From Glycera tridactyla (Eukaryota): a stretch of 64,000 bases of DNA. The DNA is taken from NCBI GenBank assembly GCA_965644265.1, contig OZ286465.1, forward strand, positions 34,286,001 to 34,350,000. The letters run 5' to 3'. The notes under the pieces were generated by a model. That model did no database searches. It was not told the DNA's origin and was given only the letters and a program-made list of their open reading frames with translations. The translations under genes and the position numbers were made by a program. Below are positions 10,464 through 22,893 of the stretch, piece after piece (the first letter of the stretch is position 1; every line of letters begins with the position of its first letter).

Positions 10464-13400
10464 GATTCAATTCAATTCAATAAACTTTATTTTTTCTCGT
10501 AGTTGAACATATGTACAAATGTGCAGTTATCCAATTGGATTTCTACAGCACACACGAGATAAATTATATAACAAGCAAACTGAAACGTATGTACATATAC
10601 TACACGAATCATTTAGCTTTCTTTCATTCGCCCATTCATAAGCATTCTTTCCCATCCATTCACTCAGACATATCCTCAATAGATAAACATTTATTCACAC
10701 ATATAGTCACTTTCATACTGGCTTTGATGTCTGGGTTATCATCATCCTATGGGCTGGATAGCGGGTGATTCTTCGATTTGGGGTTAGATGGAGGGGGTGC
10801 TCATTGAATAAGCAACTATGTGGGGGCCTGGGGACTTGGTCCGAGCTGGTCGTTGAGTTTCCTTATTATAAAATGGGGGAAAAGGGGAGGGGGGGGGGGG
10901 GAAGTCTTTCACCCTACCTGATTGTTACCAAATATTTTGAAGGACATACATACAAGCTAGGTAACACTACCAAGCTCCCAAGGGTTTCTGTGTAGTGAGA
11001 TCAATCGCTTGAAAGATTGCACAGTGCCTGAATCTTTGAGGTCAGGTGCCAAACTGTTCCATAGTATGGCACCTCGAATGGTGAAATTTCCCTGGGATTT
11101 CACGAGCCGGGTTCGCGGTACATGCAGGTGTTTACCAGTGGTTGCACGAGTAGTTCGTTCTGATTGTGAAGATAATGGTTTGAAAAGATTTTCAATTCCA
11201 GGAGGGACTGTTCGGTGTTTCAAAACTTTAAACATAAAGATAGAACCGTGCTTTTGTCTGCGAGTCCGTAGTAAATCCAGATTCAGTTCGTTATGTAGAT
11301 TTATACTTGGTGTTGTTCTGTCTTTCCTTAGTATAGTGCGCACCGCACAGTTTTGCACTCTCTGGAGCATGATACTGTCACGTTGTGACAGGTTATCATA
11401 GATAATGTCGCAATAGTCGAATATGGGGGTGACAAGGCTTTTGTACAGCATTAATGCTGTGTCTTGGTCTACTAAAGGTCTTAGTCTTCCTAGGAGCTTC
11501 ACCTTTCCGATTGTCTTTTTCTTCACATAATCAGCATGCTTATCAAATTTTTATTTGTCATCCAGCTGTACTCCTAGGTATTTGAAAGAGTTGACACGTG
11601 AAATTTGTTGACCCCCACATTCGACTATTACATTTTGATATCTTAATAGCATTGCGTGCGTACCAAACATCATTAACTCTGTTTTATCTAGGTTGAGCAT
11701 TAGTTTGTTCAGCTTTAGCCAGTCTGCTACTAGAGAGAGATTATAGTTCAGCATTTGTTGCATTTCTACTGGGTCGGTTGCTGTGCATGATATTGCCGTG
11801 TTGTCAGCATATAGGTGGACGTTTACATTATAAAATAGAGTTGGCATATCATTAATATATAGGGAAAAAAATAATGGGCCTAAAATTGAGCCTTGTGGGA
11901 CACCGCATTGAACAATAAGGGGGCTAGAGATTGTCTGGTTTGTTTTGGCGCTGCACTTTCTCTCAGATAGGTAAGACTCAATCCAGCCACTTGCATTAGG
12001 TCCAATTCCAAGACCTTTTAACTTTGATACCAGTATTTCATGATCGACGGTATCGAAGGCTTTTTTGAGGTCCAGGAAGAGCACCTCACTGGGACTCCCC
12101 ACCTCCAATCCCTGGTATATTCTATCCAGGAATTGGAGGAGGCAGTTCACAGTGGAATGTCCCTCCCTGAACCCAGATTGCTCTTTACATAAGATATCGA
12201 AGCGATTTAGAAAATCACTGAGCTGATTATGTGTTATCCTTTCTAAAATTTTACTGACTGGGCTGAGAACTGTTATGGGTCTATAGTTCGAGGGGTTGGT
12301 CCTATCACCCTCTTTAAACAGGGGGTTGATAAGACCAGTTTTCCATCTATTAGGAAAGATTGATTTCATGAGACTCAGGTCAAAAATATGCTTCAGTAGC
12401 GGCCCAATTGAAGGAAGTATCCATTTCAGGATTGTTGGTGGTAAACCATCATCTCCACTGCTTTTCGAGCTAGACATTTTGTTAACTATTTTGCTGATTT
12501 CTTCTACAGTTACGGTTTTGAATTCAAAGTTTAGTCGGCTATACATACTTTCTCCTGGTGCATATTGTTTATTCTGTGGGAAAACATTGTTTATTTTCTC
12601 TCCAATGGTACAAAAGTGCTCATTTAACAGTGACGCAATGGTAGCTGCATCTGTTTCGTTGCCAATCTTATTTATAATATTTGACGCTTTGTTACTGGGC
12701 CAAAATTCTCGTATCAGCTTCCACAGTTTCTTTGGATTTCCCTCAGCAGCAGTGATTCTCGTACATATGTATGATCGTTAAAGTGATCGTTTCAACCTAT
12801 TTGTCTCAAGTTGTGCAGCCTTTTTCTTTTCAGCATTGAATTCACTGGGGTTGTATCGAAATTTTTTGCTCCAATATTTGCGTGTGTCAATGTGACTCAA
12901 ATAATCACCGTTTACTCATCCGGGGCTTTCATCTCGAAAACGGGCTTTTTACCAGGGTATATGTTTTTCACAAATGGACAAAATCCTAGCATAGATAAGA
13001 TCTATAGTTTCATCTACGGATGTGGAGCCTAAGAAGTCCGACCAATCTAGTGTAGAAATCTCTAGGTTCAATTTTGTAACGTCAACATGTGGGTAATTTG
13101 TATCAGGATATTATGACCCTTTTTCTTTATTTTACTTTTTTTCCTGGTAACGAAGATCAAAGAGTGGTCACTAATACCCAAGTCATATATGTCTGAGTGT
13201 CTACATAATTCAGGGCGATTTGTTAGCATTTGGTCAATGAGGGTTTGTGACGCTGTAGTGGTCCTGGTTGGGCTCTGGATCATCTGTTCAAGGTGGTAGA
13301 TTTTTAAGAGATTTTTGTATTTACGAGAGTTAATGTTATCCTTAAGCAAATCTATGTTAATATCTCCAAGGACCCAGACATCAGCAACGCGGTCTGTGTA

Positions 13401-13880
13401 AATGTCCCCTAAGCGTAGTTCAATCAATTCAAGTGCATTTGTGATATCCCCAGATGGGGGTCTGTAAAGTATTCCAATATATGTGGGTCTGGTGTGCGGT
13501 AGTATTAGCCTAATCCAGACCATCTCTATGTCCTTTGTAATTAGGTCCCACTCGCGAATTGATGAAAAACAGTAATGATCCCTACAGTAGACACAGATAC
13601 CTCCGCCAGACTTTTTGAGGTTAGGACCACATCTATCTAGTCTATATAAAGTGTAGTTTGGTATCATCAAGATATTATCACAAGTCGCGGGTGTTAAAAA
13701 AGTTTCCACTAATCCAAGGCAGTCAATCTGTGTCTGCTGTAGGAATATATTAAGATCGTCTAAGTTTTTAAGCAGACTCCTTACATTTAAGCAGGCAGAA
13801 GGGATTCCATTGTGTTTGGAAATTTCAATAGCGCTCTGGGTTGGTGAAAGAGGTAGGGTAACAGATTCCAAAATTTGTGT
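10464..13880 (-). mobile_element. Non-LTR retrotransposon, CR1/L2 group (APE + RT), inactivated
   Basis: APE 13068-13871 (LNVRSL, GLVETFL, YRPP, GDINID, SPTR, ISDH). RT 11551-12546 (NYRPITVL, QSGFR, FLDLKKAFDTV, GVPQGSILGP, YADN instead of YADD, KYLGV). C-terminus 10957-11526. The 3' end has AATAAA and a (TTGAA)3 tail at 10466-10480. Several frameshifts. Confidence 0.95.
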
Positions 13881-14149
13881 TAGACATCAAGGAGAGGGTT
13901 GGTAAGGGAGTACGTATCAATACATTATGTTTGCATATGTATATGTGAGTTATGGTGACAAGCGCCAGGGAAAGGCCCAACATCCAGGCCACTATCTAGT
14001 GACCAGGGTTCAGCCCCAGGCAGAGTCACTTGTCCTCATAACTCTCTCTATGTGCTTACTTGTGCCTAGGGTGGAGGTCGTATGTCTCTGTCACCTAGCC
14101 TCTATGTGCATTTGAATTTGAATTGTGGCATGTCTGCAGGTGTTGTATG

Positions 14150-14455
14150 GTGGTTTCTGAGGCTTGTCATGACTCGGTGATGGCTTCAGGACAAGCGACC
14201 AACAGCAACTAGCCCCTCACCAACGAAGGATTCATGATAAGTCTCAAATTCATTCATAAAGGATAGCATAATTCCTGATGTATGTGCTTACTCGTTTTCA
14301 TGGTTGGGGTAGTGTGTAACTGTCGATTGTACGTAATTCGAGTTGTGACATGTCAGCATGAGTTGTACGTAATTCGAGTTGTGACATGTCAGCATGAGTT
14401 GTATGTGTTGGTTTCTGAGGCTTGACATGACTCAGTGATGGCTTCAGGACAAGCA
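14150..14455. repeat. Local direct repeats: ~47-bp unit twice (14150-14197, 14410-14455) and 36-bp unit twice in tandem (14329-14400)
   Basis: ggtttctgaggcttg(t/a)catgactc(g/a)gtgatggcttcaggacaagc twice; gtacgtaattcgagttgtgacatgtcagcatgagtt twice. Confidence 0.85.
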
Positions 14456-14521
14456 ACAACCAGTAACTAGATGGAGGATGTCTACCTCTCTCCTTATCTT
14501 ATTTCACTATTATGCCATGTG

Positions 14522-14599
14522 TTATGCCATGTGTTCCTGCTCAATGAAAGCTAGATGTTCTCTCCCCTGCAGACATCACTCTCACAAACCCTGAACACA
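14522..14599 (+). repeat. Left arm of a 78-bp inverted repeat (partner 26281-26358)
   Basis: Its reverse complement matches 26281-26358 with 3 mismatches in 78 nt. Confidence 0.9.
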
Positions 14600-17310
14600 T
14601 GATGACCACCTAGGAGCTCACAGGTTTATAGCACTTGCAGTTATTCATTAAATCCTTCAGCTATTGTGAATTTATCATCTACTGAAGCATTGTACCCCAA
14701 TAATACAGAACATGCAGATGTTTCAATAAGAAACGGAATAAATTGACTGGCATGTCACATGGGATGGCTAGTAGAATTGTACATCTTTATCGCGAAGACC
14801 AATAAAACAAAATTGTAATCTATGAAATATTCACCACTCTGATACCGTGATCAGATTAAAAATGAACCAGATACCCTGTCTGGAAAGGTTGACCATACAG
14901 AGGGGAGATGTATTCTCAACAGCACCTATCACTTTAAGCAGTGGATAAGAAGCCAGTCATGGGAGGGGTGACAACGGCTGTGAGATGTGAAGATTTGGAA
15001 CTGGTATAGATGAACCATACACCATACCAATAGTCACAGACTACTTGAGTAATTCGGGCCCCCCAGTGTTGTGCTCAAAACACGGAAAGAGGCATGAGCT
15101 ACACACCACCAGGGCTGGGTGATGGTGTAAGCGCCTATCTGGAATCAGAAAACAATGGGCCTAGGTTAGCAGTGGTGCTGTAATAAGTGACTACGAAAAC
15201 TAGCGACACTGATATACCTCCTCAGCATACATATAAATGCAAGCCTAAGGGAGGAGGTGCAAAATTCAGGCAGAGGGTTACGTCTCGCCAAGATTAGACC
15301 AATCACCCATATATCAAAGATGCTTTTCGGTGTCTGGTTGTCGATACGTCTACGAATCCTCTCTCGCTATGTAGGGAGACTTCACACACGCACTGGCTTG
15401 GCATCAGTGAGAATACAAGGTTATAGGAATACCTTCACCATGACCCCACCAAGGCAATCTCTGACATCTAAACGTTGTACCGGGACCTTTTCGTTGGGAA
15501 CCCCTGATGTGTCGAGTACATGCAGTACAGACAAGAGACGAGTAGAATTCCAGTCATCGGCTTTATTCCTCCAACCAATACTACATGGTTACAGCATGGC
15601 TTTGAGGAGGGTTGAGGAGCGCGACCAAGATCCCAACAGCAAACGACCAGCTGCTGACAGATGCCCAGTGGTGATCTGCTGCTCAACTCTCCTTCACACA
15701 TATTTATAGGATGGTTTAGCAACCACCTGACATTACAAAAGTACCTATAATTGGATATTACCTAACCATAATCCGCCGTTGGAGGGCGCTTGCAACCTGT
15801 GTTTCACAACCACTTTACAATATGGCGACCGGAACTTGTCCATAAATTGTCGCGGTTATTGCACAATCCACCTGTGGTTGTTGTCATAGCTTCTGTGTTA
15901 GATAGCCCTAATTGATGTGTTTTAAACTGTCAAGTCGGGCCATTCCAAGATTTCCCGACATCTGGTGAACTCTTCACACCATGCCAGGTTTCAGTACACA
16001 TTCCTAGTCTGTTCAATTCAATTCCCAGTGAGTTCACCATAATTTCCAGCTAGGATCATATAATTTTCAGTGGGGTTCATGTGAACACCATAATTTTTGC
16101 TGAGATATTACATCTCTTCTCAGGTTGCTAACGTCCTTGTAGCACATCATAAGATCTTATACATTCATGGGAAAACAAGTGCTTGCATTCATGAACCTCT
16201 GAGACTACCCAGGACCTGGGCACCGCCTGGAAAACAACCAAAAACCAATTAACCTAGTGGGTTCCAACCGCAGGAGGATCCTCAAGACTCTTGATGTTAC
16301 AAATTTCTGGCAGATTCCTGGCTCAGCCCAACCATCCTTGGAACTTCTCCAGCTTCACAAATTAGCTTGGCATGGGATTCTCATGCCGTTTCCCATGCTG
16401 ATGGCATGGGCGATATTACTTTCTTTCAACAATTATAGGTAAGACGGCCTGAAAACGCCAAGACAGTGGTGGTGACAAAAGTTGGAATAATTATTTCTTA
16501 ATTTATCCACTAGCAGCGCTGCGTTTTAGATACACATCACAACATCTCTGTTTTAAATAGACGAGGCCGGAACTTTTGATTAGTTTCATGTGATGGACTC
16601 TCAGTTGTTGACGGTTTTATCAGCAGGCGGCCTCCACACCCCCTGGTGACCTGAATTCAACCCAACCGGTGCCACATCGGCGTGGTTAGCTGATTATCCA
16701 CAAAATGCCACAATGTGCCACAGTTTCGCCAGAATTCTGTCAGATAACACCAGAAAAAAAAAGTCCACCGTCCTCACTTCCAGCCAACGTATAGAAAAAG
16801 TCGGAATCAAGTCCGACCCAGTTCACTGCTATTTTCAGATTAACCGCCTTCACTCCCAACATCATGTGGACGCCTTTGCTGAGACATAGATAGCTAAAAG
16901 CAGCACTGGGAAGATCAGAACCTCCAGGCTCTGACAGTGGTACTGGACTGGGATCGTTTGAAACAGTCAAACAAACAAACAATCAAACAAACACACAAGC
17001 AATCCGAAATCACTCTGTCTGTAATCGTTGTCAAAATCTTTTCGTACATTTGACCAATCCCTGTCAAAAGAAAGCAGCTGAACACATTCCAATATGATGA
17101 TTTCTGATGATTTCTCCAATTTGGAATAATAATAATAATAAAATGGTCACACGTGATAGTATACTACATACTTAAATATCAAAGAATGATAAATAATAAT
17201 CGAATTCACTTAATTGCTAGTGAAAATATCTTCTGATAAATAATGGATTATTTTGTCTTATGTCTGATCCCATCCCCCCCCCCCTTTTTGTTTGTTACAG
17301 ACCAATCCGG

Positions 17311-18195
17311 TTATCGCTGAGGAAGTTGCTAAAGCCAGAGTTGACTGGAGTAGTGAAACATGTCCTGTATTCAGAAGGCGTCATCTATTAGATCGTTATG
17401 GAGCACCTGACGTACTGTGTATGGGTAGCAGCCATATCTGGAGAATGGGAAAGTACATCACAGAACTTCCGGAGGGTGATAATATTAAAAATTTAATGTC
17501 AAGCTGGGTTTTCAAGGGAATAAGTGGAGGAAAGTGGGCAACTTTTGAAAACGAAATTCTTGGAAGGTTCCCAAATACTCCAAATGGTAGAAAGAAGTGG
17601 AGGAGATATGGAAATACCATGCAAACATTGATTGACGATAGTGTGGCACCAAACTACATAATCATTGTGCTTGGTTCCAATGATATGGATATTTTTTCCA
17701 AGAAAGTGAAAAGTCGTATTTGCTTCATCAGAGATCCCAGATTGAGGAATCGTGAGATAATACACCTTCGGAATCAAGAGTTTGCCCACCTGGTTGCTTA
17801 CATCAAGGATACCCTTTCATTGTTGCATCAATATTTCCCGAATTCTACCTTTTGCAGTATTCCAATTACCTGGAGACCATCTTGGTGCTATGAGACCAAA
17901 GTACTGGCAATCTGGGTAGACAACTTTATTAGGAGCTTCTTTAGACCACCATTGTATGCAAGCAAGATGCATTTCTTGCATACCCATCACATGTTTGTGA
18001 AGTCTTACCAAACACCTACTTTCAAACCAACAAGAATGAAAAAAAAAGAAGCCAAGCAAAAAGGCATGCGCATTTGGGGACATCTTGATTGGTATGTTCT
18101 TGAAGGATCGTATTCACCTAAACCAATACGGCAATCGTGCCCTCTGTCAATCAATCATAGGTCCAATATTGGACAATTGGTTTTATGCTGAATAG
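17311..18195 (+). pseudogene. SGNH/GDSL-type hydrolase terminal exon with a +1 frameshift in an A9 run
   Basis: Splice acceptor tttgtttgttacag ends at 17310. Block I GSSH, block II ISGG, block III VLGSND; block V DRIHLNQYGN appears only in the +1 frame after the A9 run at 18039-18047. Confidence 0.75.
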
Positions 18196-19488
18196 ACACT
18201 TGAAAGGCCATGATCCATACATTTTTGCATTTTTATCAAGTAATATGTGATGCTATATTTCCTATATTTCCTATAATGTATTTATGTATAATTACAGACT
18301 CAATGTGAGAGAGAAGATGATGGGCGAAAGCACGAGTGCAAGTGGTGGCTCCTATACTAAGTTAAGTCATATAAAATGTACCTGCATAAGTACATAATGA
18401 ACCTGTATAGACTGTTCAAACAACAACAGTTGATACACGAAGGTCCAATATGTTTCAAAGCAGGTTACAAGTGAAGATGAAAAAAGGTCCAACAAACACA
18501 TGTCTGGCTCTTACCTATAGCAGTCGTCCCGGCCATGTGATATGAGGACCTTGCCATACTTCTAGTATTTTATGGCCCTAGAATAAAACAGGAACCATAT
18601 GCAACAAAAAAGAAAACAGAAATAATCATTATTTATTAATAGAATTTATCCGTGTTCATATACCGACCTTGGTAATGGCTCTCACCAATAGCGGTAGTCC
18701 TATTTCCATAAATGGTAAATTTGCAATGGTTCCAAAGGAAATTTGATGAAATTGTGAATGAAAATCTTTGAATCATCCTTAAAACTGTTGTGATACATCA
18801 GGAATATCTTGGATATGTAAATGATAAATTGAAAACCACCGTTAGGGTGTCGTAAGGATGCCATGCGTGCGAGTCTATTTTTCTGTCTCTTATAATCATT
18901 GCTGCTCATGGGTGAGGGAAAAAGGTACAGGAATTATGGAACCTGATGACATAACGATATTCCAGGTCTCGGACTAAGCGTGTCCTATGATTCTTTTCCT
19001 GCTATCTAGATAATTTGTTTTCTTGAAATACTATAGGAAGGGCAAATTAGGAGAACAGTATTCTTCAAATTTAAAATTATTTCATTGATAAAATATTGTT
19101 TTCTGCTTATGTTATTTTTCATTTTCATTTAGCCCTTCCTATACCTATATCCCTATTTGCCTAGCCCGATTTTCTTTTCTTTTCTTTTCTCTTCATTTTC
19201 ATTTTGACAACATTTTTTTTTTCTTTCCCATTTCTTTTCTTTGCTTTTCATTTCAATTAGGTGCCAATATTCCTGAGCACCATGACTTATTGTGTATCAT
19301 ATAAATCGGTCGTTAAATATGATAAATTGATTTGAGAGGGAAATGGGGAGAATCAACGTCTCAGCATCGAGAGTGCTGTTTGGAATTTTTTCTAATATAC
19401 TGAGACCATCTTGTTTGAATGACTGCTAAGCAGGTGTGAGAATTGTTGAAGTAGATTCAAACCGTTAAAGACATAAAAATTCATTATC

Positions 19489-22400
19489 ATGCCATCCTCA
19501 TTGTATTCACCATCAACCCCAACAGATGCCAGGAAAACAATTCAATTTGATACTATACATGATATGAATAAATTAAAAGGGGTGAAAATTGGGTTTTTGA
19601 ACATACGCAGTATACTTTCAAAAATGGATGACATCAGATTGCTCCTAGTTGAAAGTCGAATAGACATCATGATACTCGCTGAAACCTTTCTGTCTAAACA
19701 ACATGAGGACGGAGAGGTAGCGATTCCTGGCTATTACTTTTTTCGTTCTGATCGAACCTTAAATAGTGGAAAGCAGTCTGGAGGTGGTTTGATTGTATAT
19801 GTACGTAAGGATAGATGTGTAGAACTGATTGAAACTACTATAATTTGTATGCCGGATATTGAAGCAATGTGGTTGAAACTATCCCTACCAAGTACAAGAC
19901 CCACCTATGTATGTGCAGTATATCGACCGCCACAGGGAAACCAGGGTGTGTTTGTTGATTGGCTGGATGAATCAATAATAAATTTAAATACTGGAGTTCT
20001 TTGCGATATTATAGTAGCTGGAGATGTAAATATTGATTTGAATAAAGCAGATCAATGTAAAAACTACAGAAAGTTCCTAAAAGGCAATAATCTAATCCAG
20101 CTAATAGACAGGCACACCAGGGTGACCACTGAGTCGTGTACAATTATTGATCATATAATGGTCAACAGAACTGAAATGTACAATCAGCATGGTGTATTAG
20201 AAACCGGTCTTTCAGACCATAGTATGATTATAGTAGCAAGGAAGAAACAGCGCTTACCTAGGACTTCTACCTTTGTGTATTTCAAAGACTATGCTAATAC
20301 GGATGTAAATGAGATTTTAAATGATATAGGTACGTCTGATTGGTCAGATTTCTACAACTCGGGAGAGGCTGATTGTTGTGCAGATGTGTTACATCATAAG
20401 TTAACTGAAATTATATCAAAGCATGTACCACTAAAAAGGCATCGAGTTACCACGAATTGGCCTAAATGGTTAAAAGGTGAATATTTGGACCTAATCAGGG
20501 ATAGGGAAAAGGCAAACGCCCTCTTCAAAATTGATAACAGCATCCAAAATAAAGAGATAAAAATCAATCTGGAAAAAAGATGTAAGAAATTGAAAAGACA
20601 GCTGCAAAGGCAATATATAAGTAATACTTTTCTGGAGCACAAGGGGAATAGTAAAAAACTATGGGAGACTGTAAATGAATTCTGGGGTCGCAAAAAAACT
20701 GCAGTTGAAATATTAAAAATAGGGGACTCCTCAGATCCAGCAACAATTGCAAACAAATTAAATAACTTTTTCAGTACAGTAGGGGAAAATCTAAGCAAGA
20801 ATATACCAGAGGTGAGAGGGGACTCTCTAGAATCTTTCCCATGTAATAAAGTGAATGAATTGTCTTTTGAAGGGGTGTCCGAATCTAAAATAATTGAAAT
20901 TATCCAAGGCTTATCACCAAATGAAGCAGGTAAAGATGATAGTATACCAGTAAAAATTATTAAAGAGTGTAATAAAGTCCTAGCTCCTCTCCTTACACAT
21001 CTGTTCAACGTCAGCCTGATCACTGGAGTTTTTCCAGAACGATGGAAGTCGGCCTTAATTGTACCTCTATTTAAGGAAGGTAAGAGGAATCTAGAAAATA
21101 ATTATAGGCCGATAAGCTTATTGGATCCGATTAGCAAAGTTTTTGAAAAACTTGTTCACAAACAAGTTTCATCCTATTTTGAGACCCATGGCCTTCTGTG
21201 TCGGGAGCAATCTGGGTTCAGGGAGGGTTGCTCCACTGGGACTTGCCTACTTGAATTTCTTGATAAAATATATCTAAACATTGAGAATGGCATGACCAGT
21301 GGGGTGCTTTTCCTGGACCTAAAGGAGGCTTTCGACACGGTGGACCATGGGGTCTTATTAAACAAATTGAGTAGATATGGGGCAGACCCGACTTGTGTAA
21401 ATTGGTTTCGTACCTACTTAACGGATAGAAGATGTCAAGTACGTGCAAATGGCACAGTGTCGTTAGCAAGGATCGTGAACTGTGGAGTACCGCAGGGGTC
21501 CATACTGGGTCCCCTCCTGTTTTCTATCTATGTAAATGACATGCCTTCCGTTATGAGGGGGCCCAGTATGAACCTATATGCGGACGACACCGCCATTTTG
21601 GTGGCTGACAAATCACCAGTTGTATTGAAAGAAAAACTAGAGCGAGCATTATCATTGGTCAGTACATGGCTGAGGAAAAATAAACTCAGTCTGAATGTAA
21701 AGAAAACTCAAATAATGATGTTCGGTACAAGACACCAAACGAAAAGATGTGAATTTGATATACAGTTTGAAGGACAAAATATATGTCAAGTAAAGACCTT
21801 CAAATATCTTGGTGTAATATTAAATGGCTCGCTCAGTTTCTCTGCTCATGCTGAATATATAAGAAACAAGACAATGGGGAGGGTGGGGGTCCTGGGCAGA
21901 CTCAGGGGCATACTTAGCAAGGATTTGTCCCTGATGCTGTACAGGTCCCTTATCCTACCCATTTTTGATTACTGTGATATTGTCTATGACAATCTGGGTG
22001 TGGCTGATACTACAAAATTGCAAAGGATACAAAATAAGGCGTTCCGAATAATAACTAGAAGTGGTCCATATACAAGAACATCCGATATCCATGAAAGTAT
22101 TAATATGCCATACCTGGATTGTCGTAGAGAATATCACACTTTAACGCATGTTAATAATATATTAATGGGTAATCAGCATATGCAATATTCCCCACTGTGC
22201 AGTTTCATGACACCGATTCACCATTATCAGACAAGATACTGTGGAAAACCATTTTGGAGGTATTTCAACCAAGGTTGAAAATAGTGGAAGGATCTTTCAG
22301 GCATCGGGGAGCCAAAACCTGGAACAATTATGTATCAGAATACCCAGGTTTCATTGCAGATGTTCCAAAGAATTTTAAAGAAAAACTTTCAAATTTTCTC

Positions 22401-22893
22401 CATATTTGAAAATTTTATTATATAAAACATATCATATAGTACACAGAAAACAGTATAGTTCAGTTTATATCAAGTCATTATATCATGTCATAACTGTATA
22501 CATATTTCATTTCGTAGGATTGGCAGACCACAGATTCATCTCATCTTCACATGTACATAGATTATAAACACAAGATAATATTGTGGGTGATCTTTCACCT
22601 ACAACTTTCATTCTTTCATTCTTTTTTTCTCCATCATTTTTCATTCTCATCTCATCTTCATTTTTCATAAAATATTTTGTGTCATATGGCTTCTCGATAT
22701 CACAGATATTTACTTTCCAACCAGTTTATATGTTTGCTTTACAACGACGGTTTGAATCTTGCAAATGTATATTTTCGTCGACATGGAAAAGACTCTGTTT
22801 AGGGGCTCATGTTTTTTGATGTAACTGGGTAACTATGTTCTCCATGTATGTTACACAATGTGACGAAATCAAATAAAGAATCAAACAAACAAA
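19489..22893 (+). mobile_element. Non-LTR retrotransposon, CR1/L2 group, near-intact APE-RT ORF
   Basis: 929-aa ORF: LNIRSI, LAETFL, YRPP, GDVNID, SDH; NYRPISLL, QSGFR, FLDLKEAFDTV, GVPQGSILGP, YADD, KYLGV. The C-terminus is frameshifted into 22197-22409. AATAAA at 22872 is followed by an aatc/aaac tail. Confidence 0.96.

Noticed and set aside
18295-18470. Similarity of DGRKHECK...YK to KDRPHECK...YKF in ORF 6353-6688
   Set aside because: Only a few matching residues in a stop-containing fragment; too short to support homology without a search.
11009-21469. Antisense ORFs such as 11009-11401, 12296-12781 and 20394-21023
   Set aside because: They are shadows of LINE coding strands with no independent motifs.
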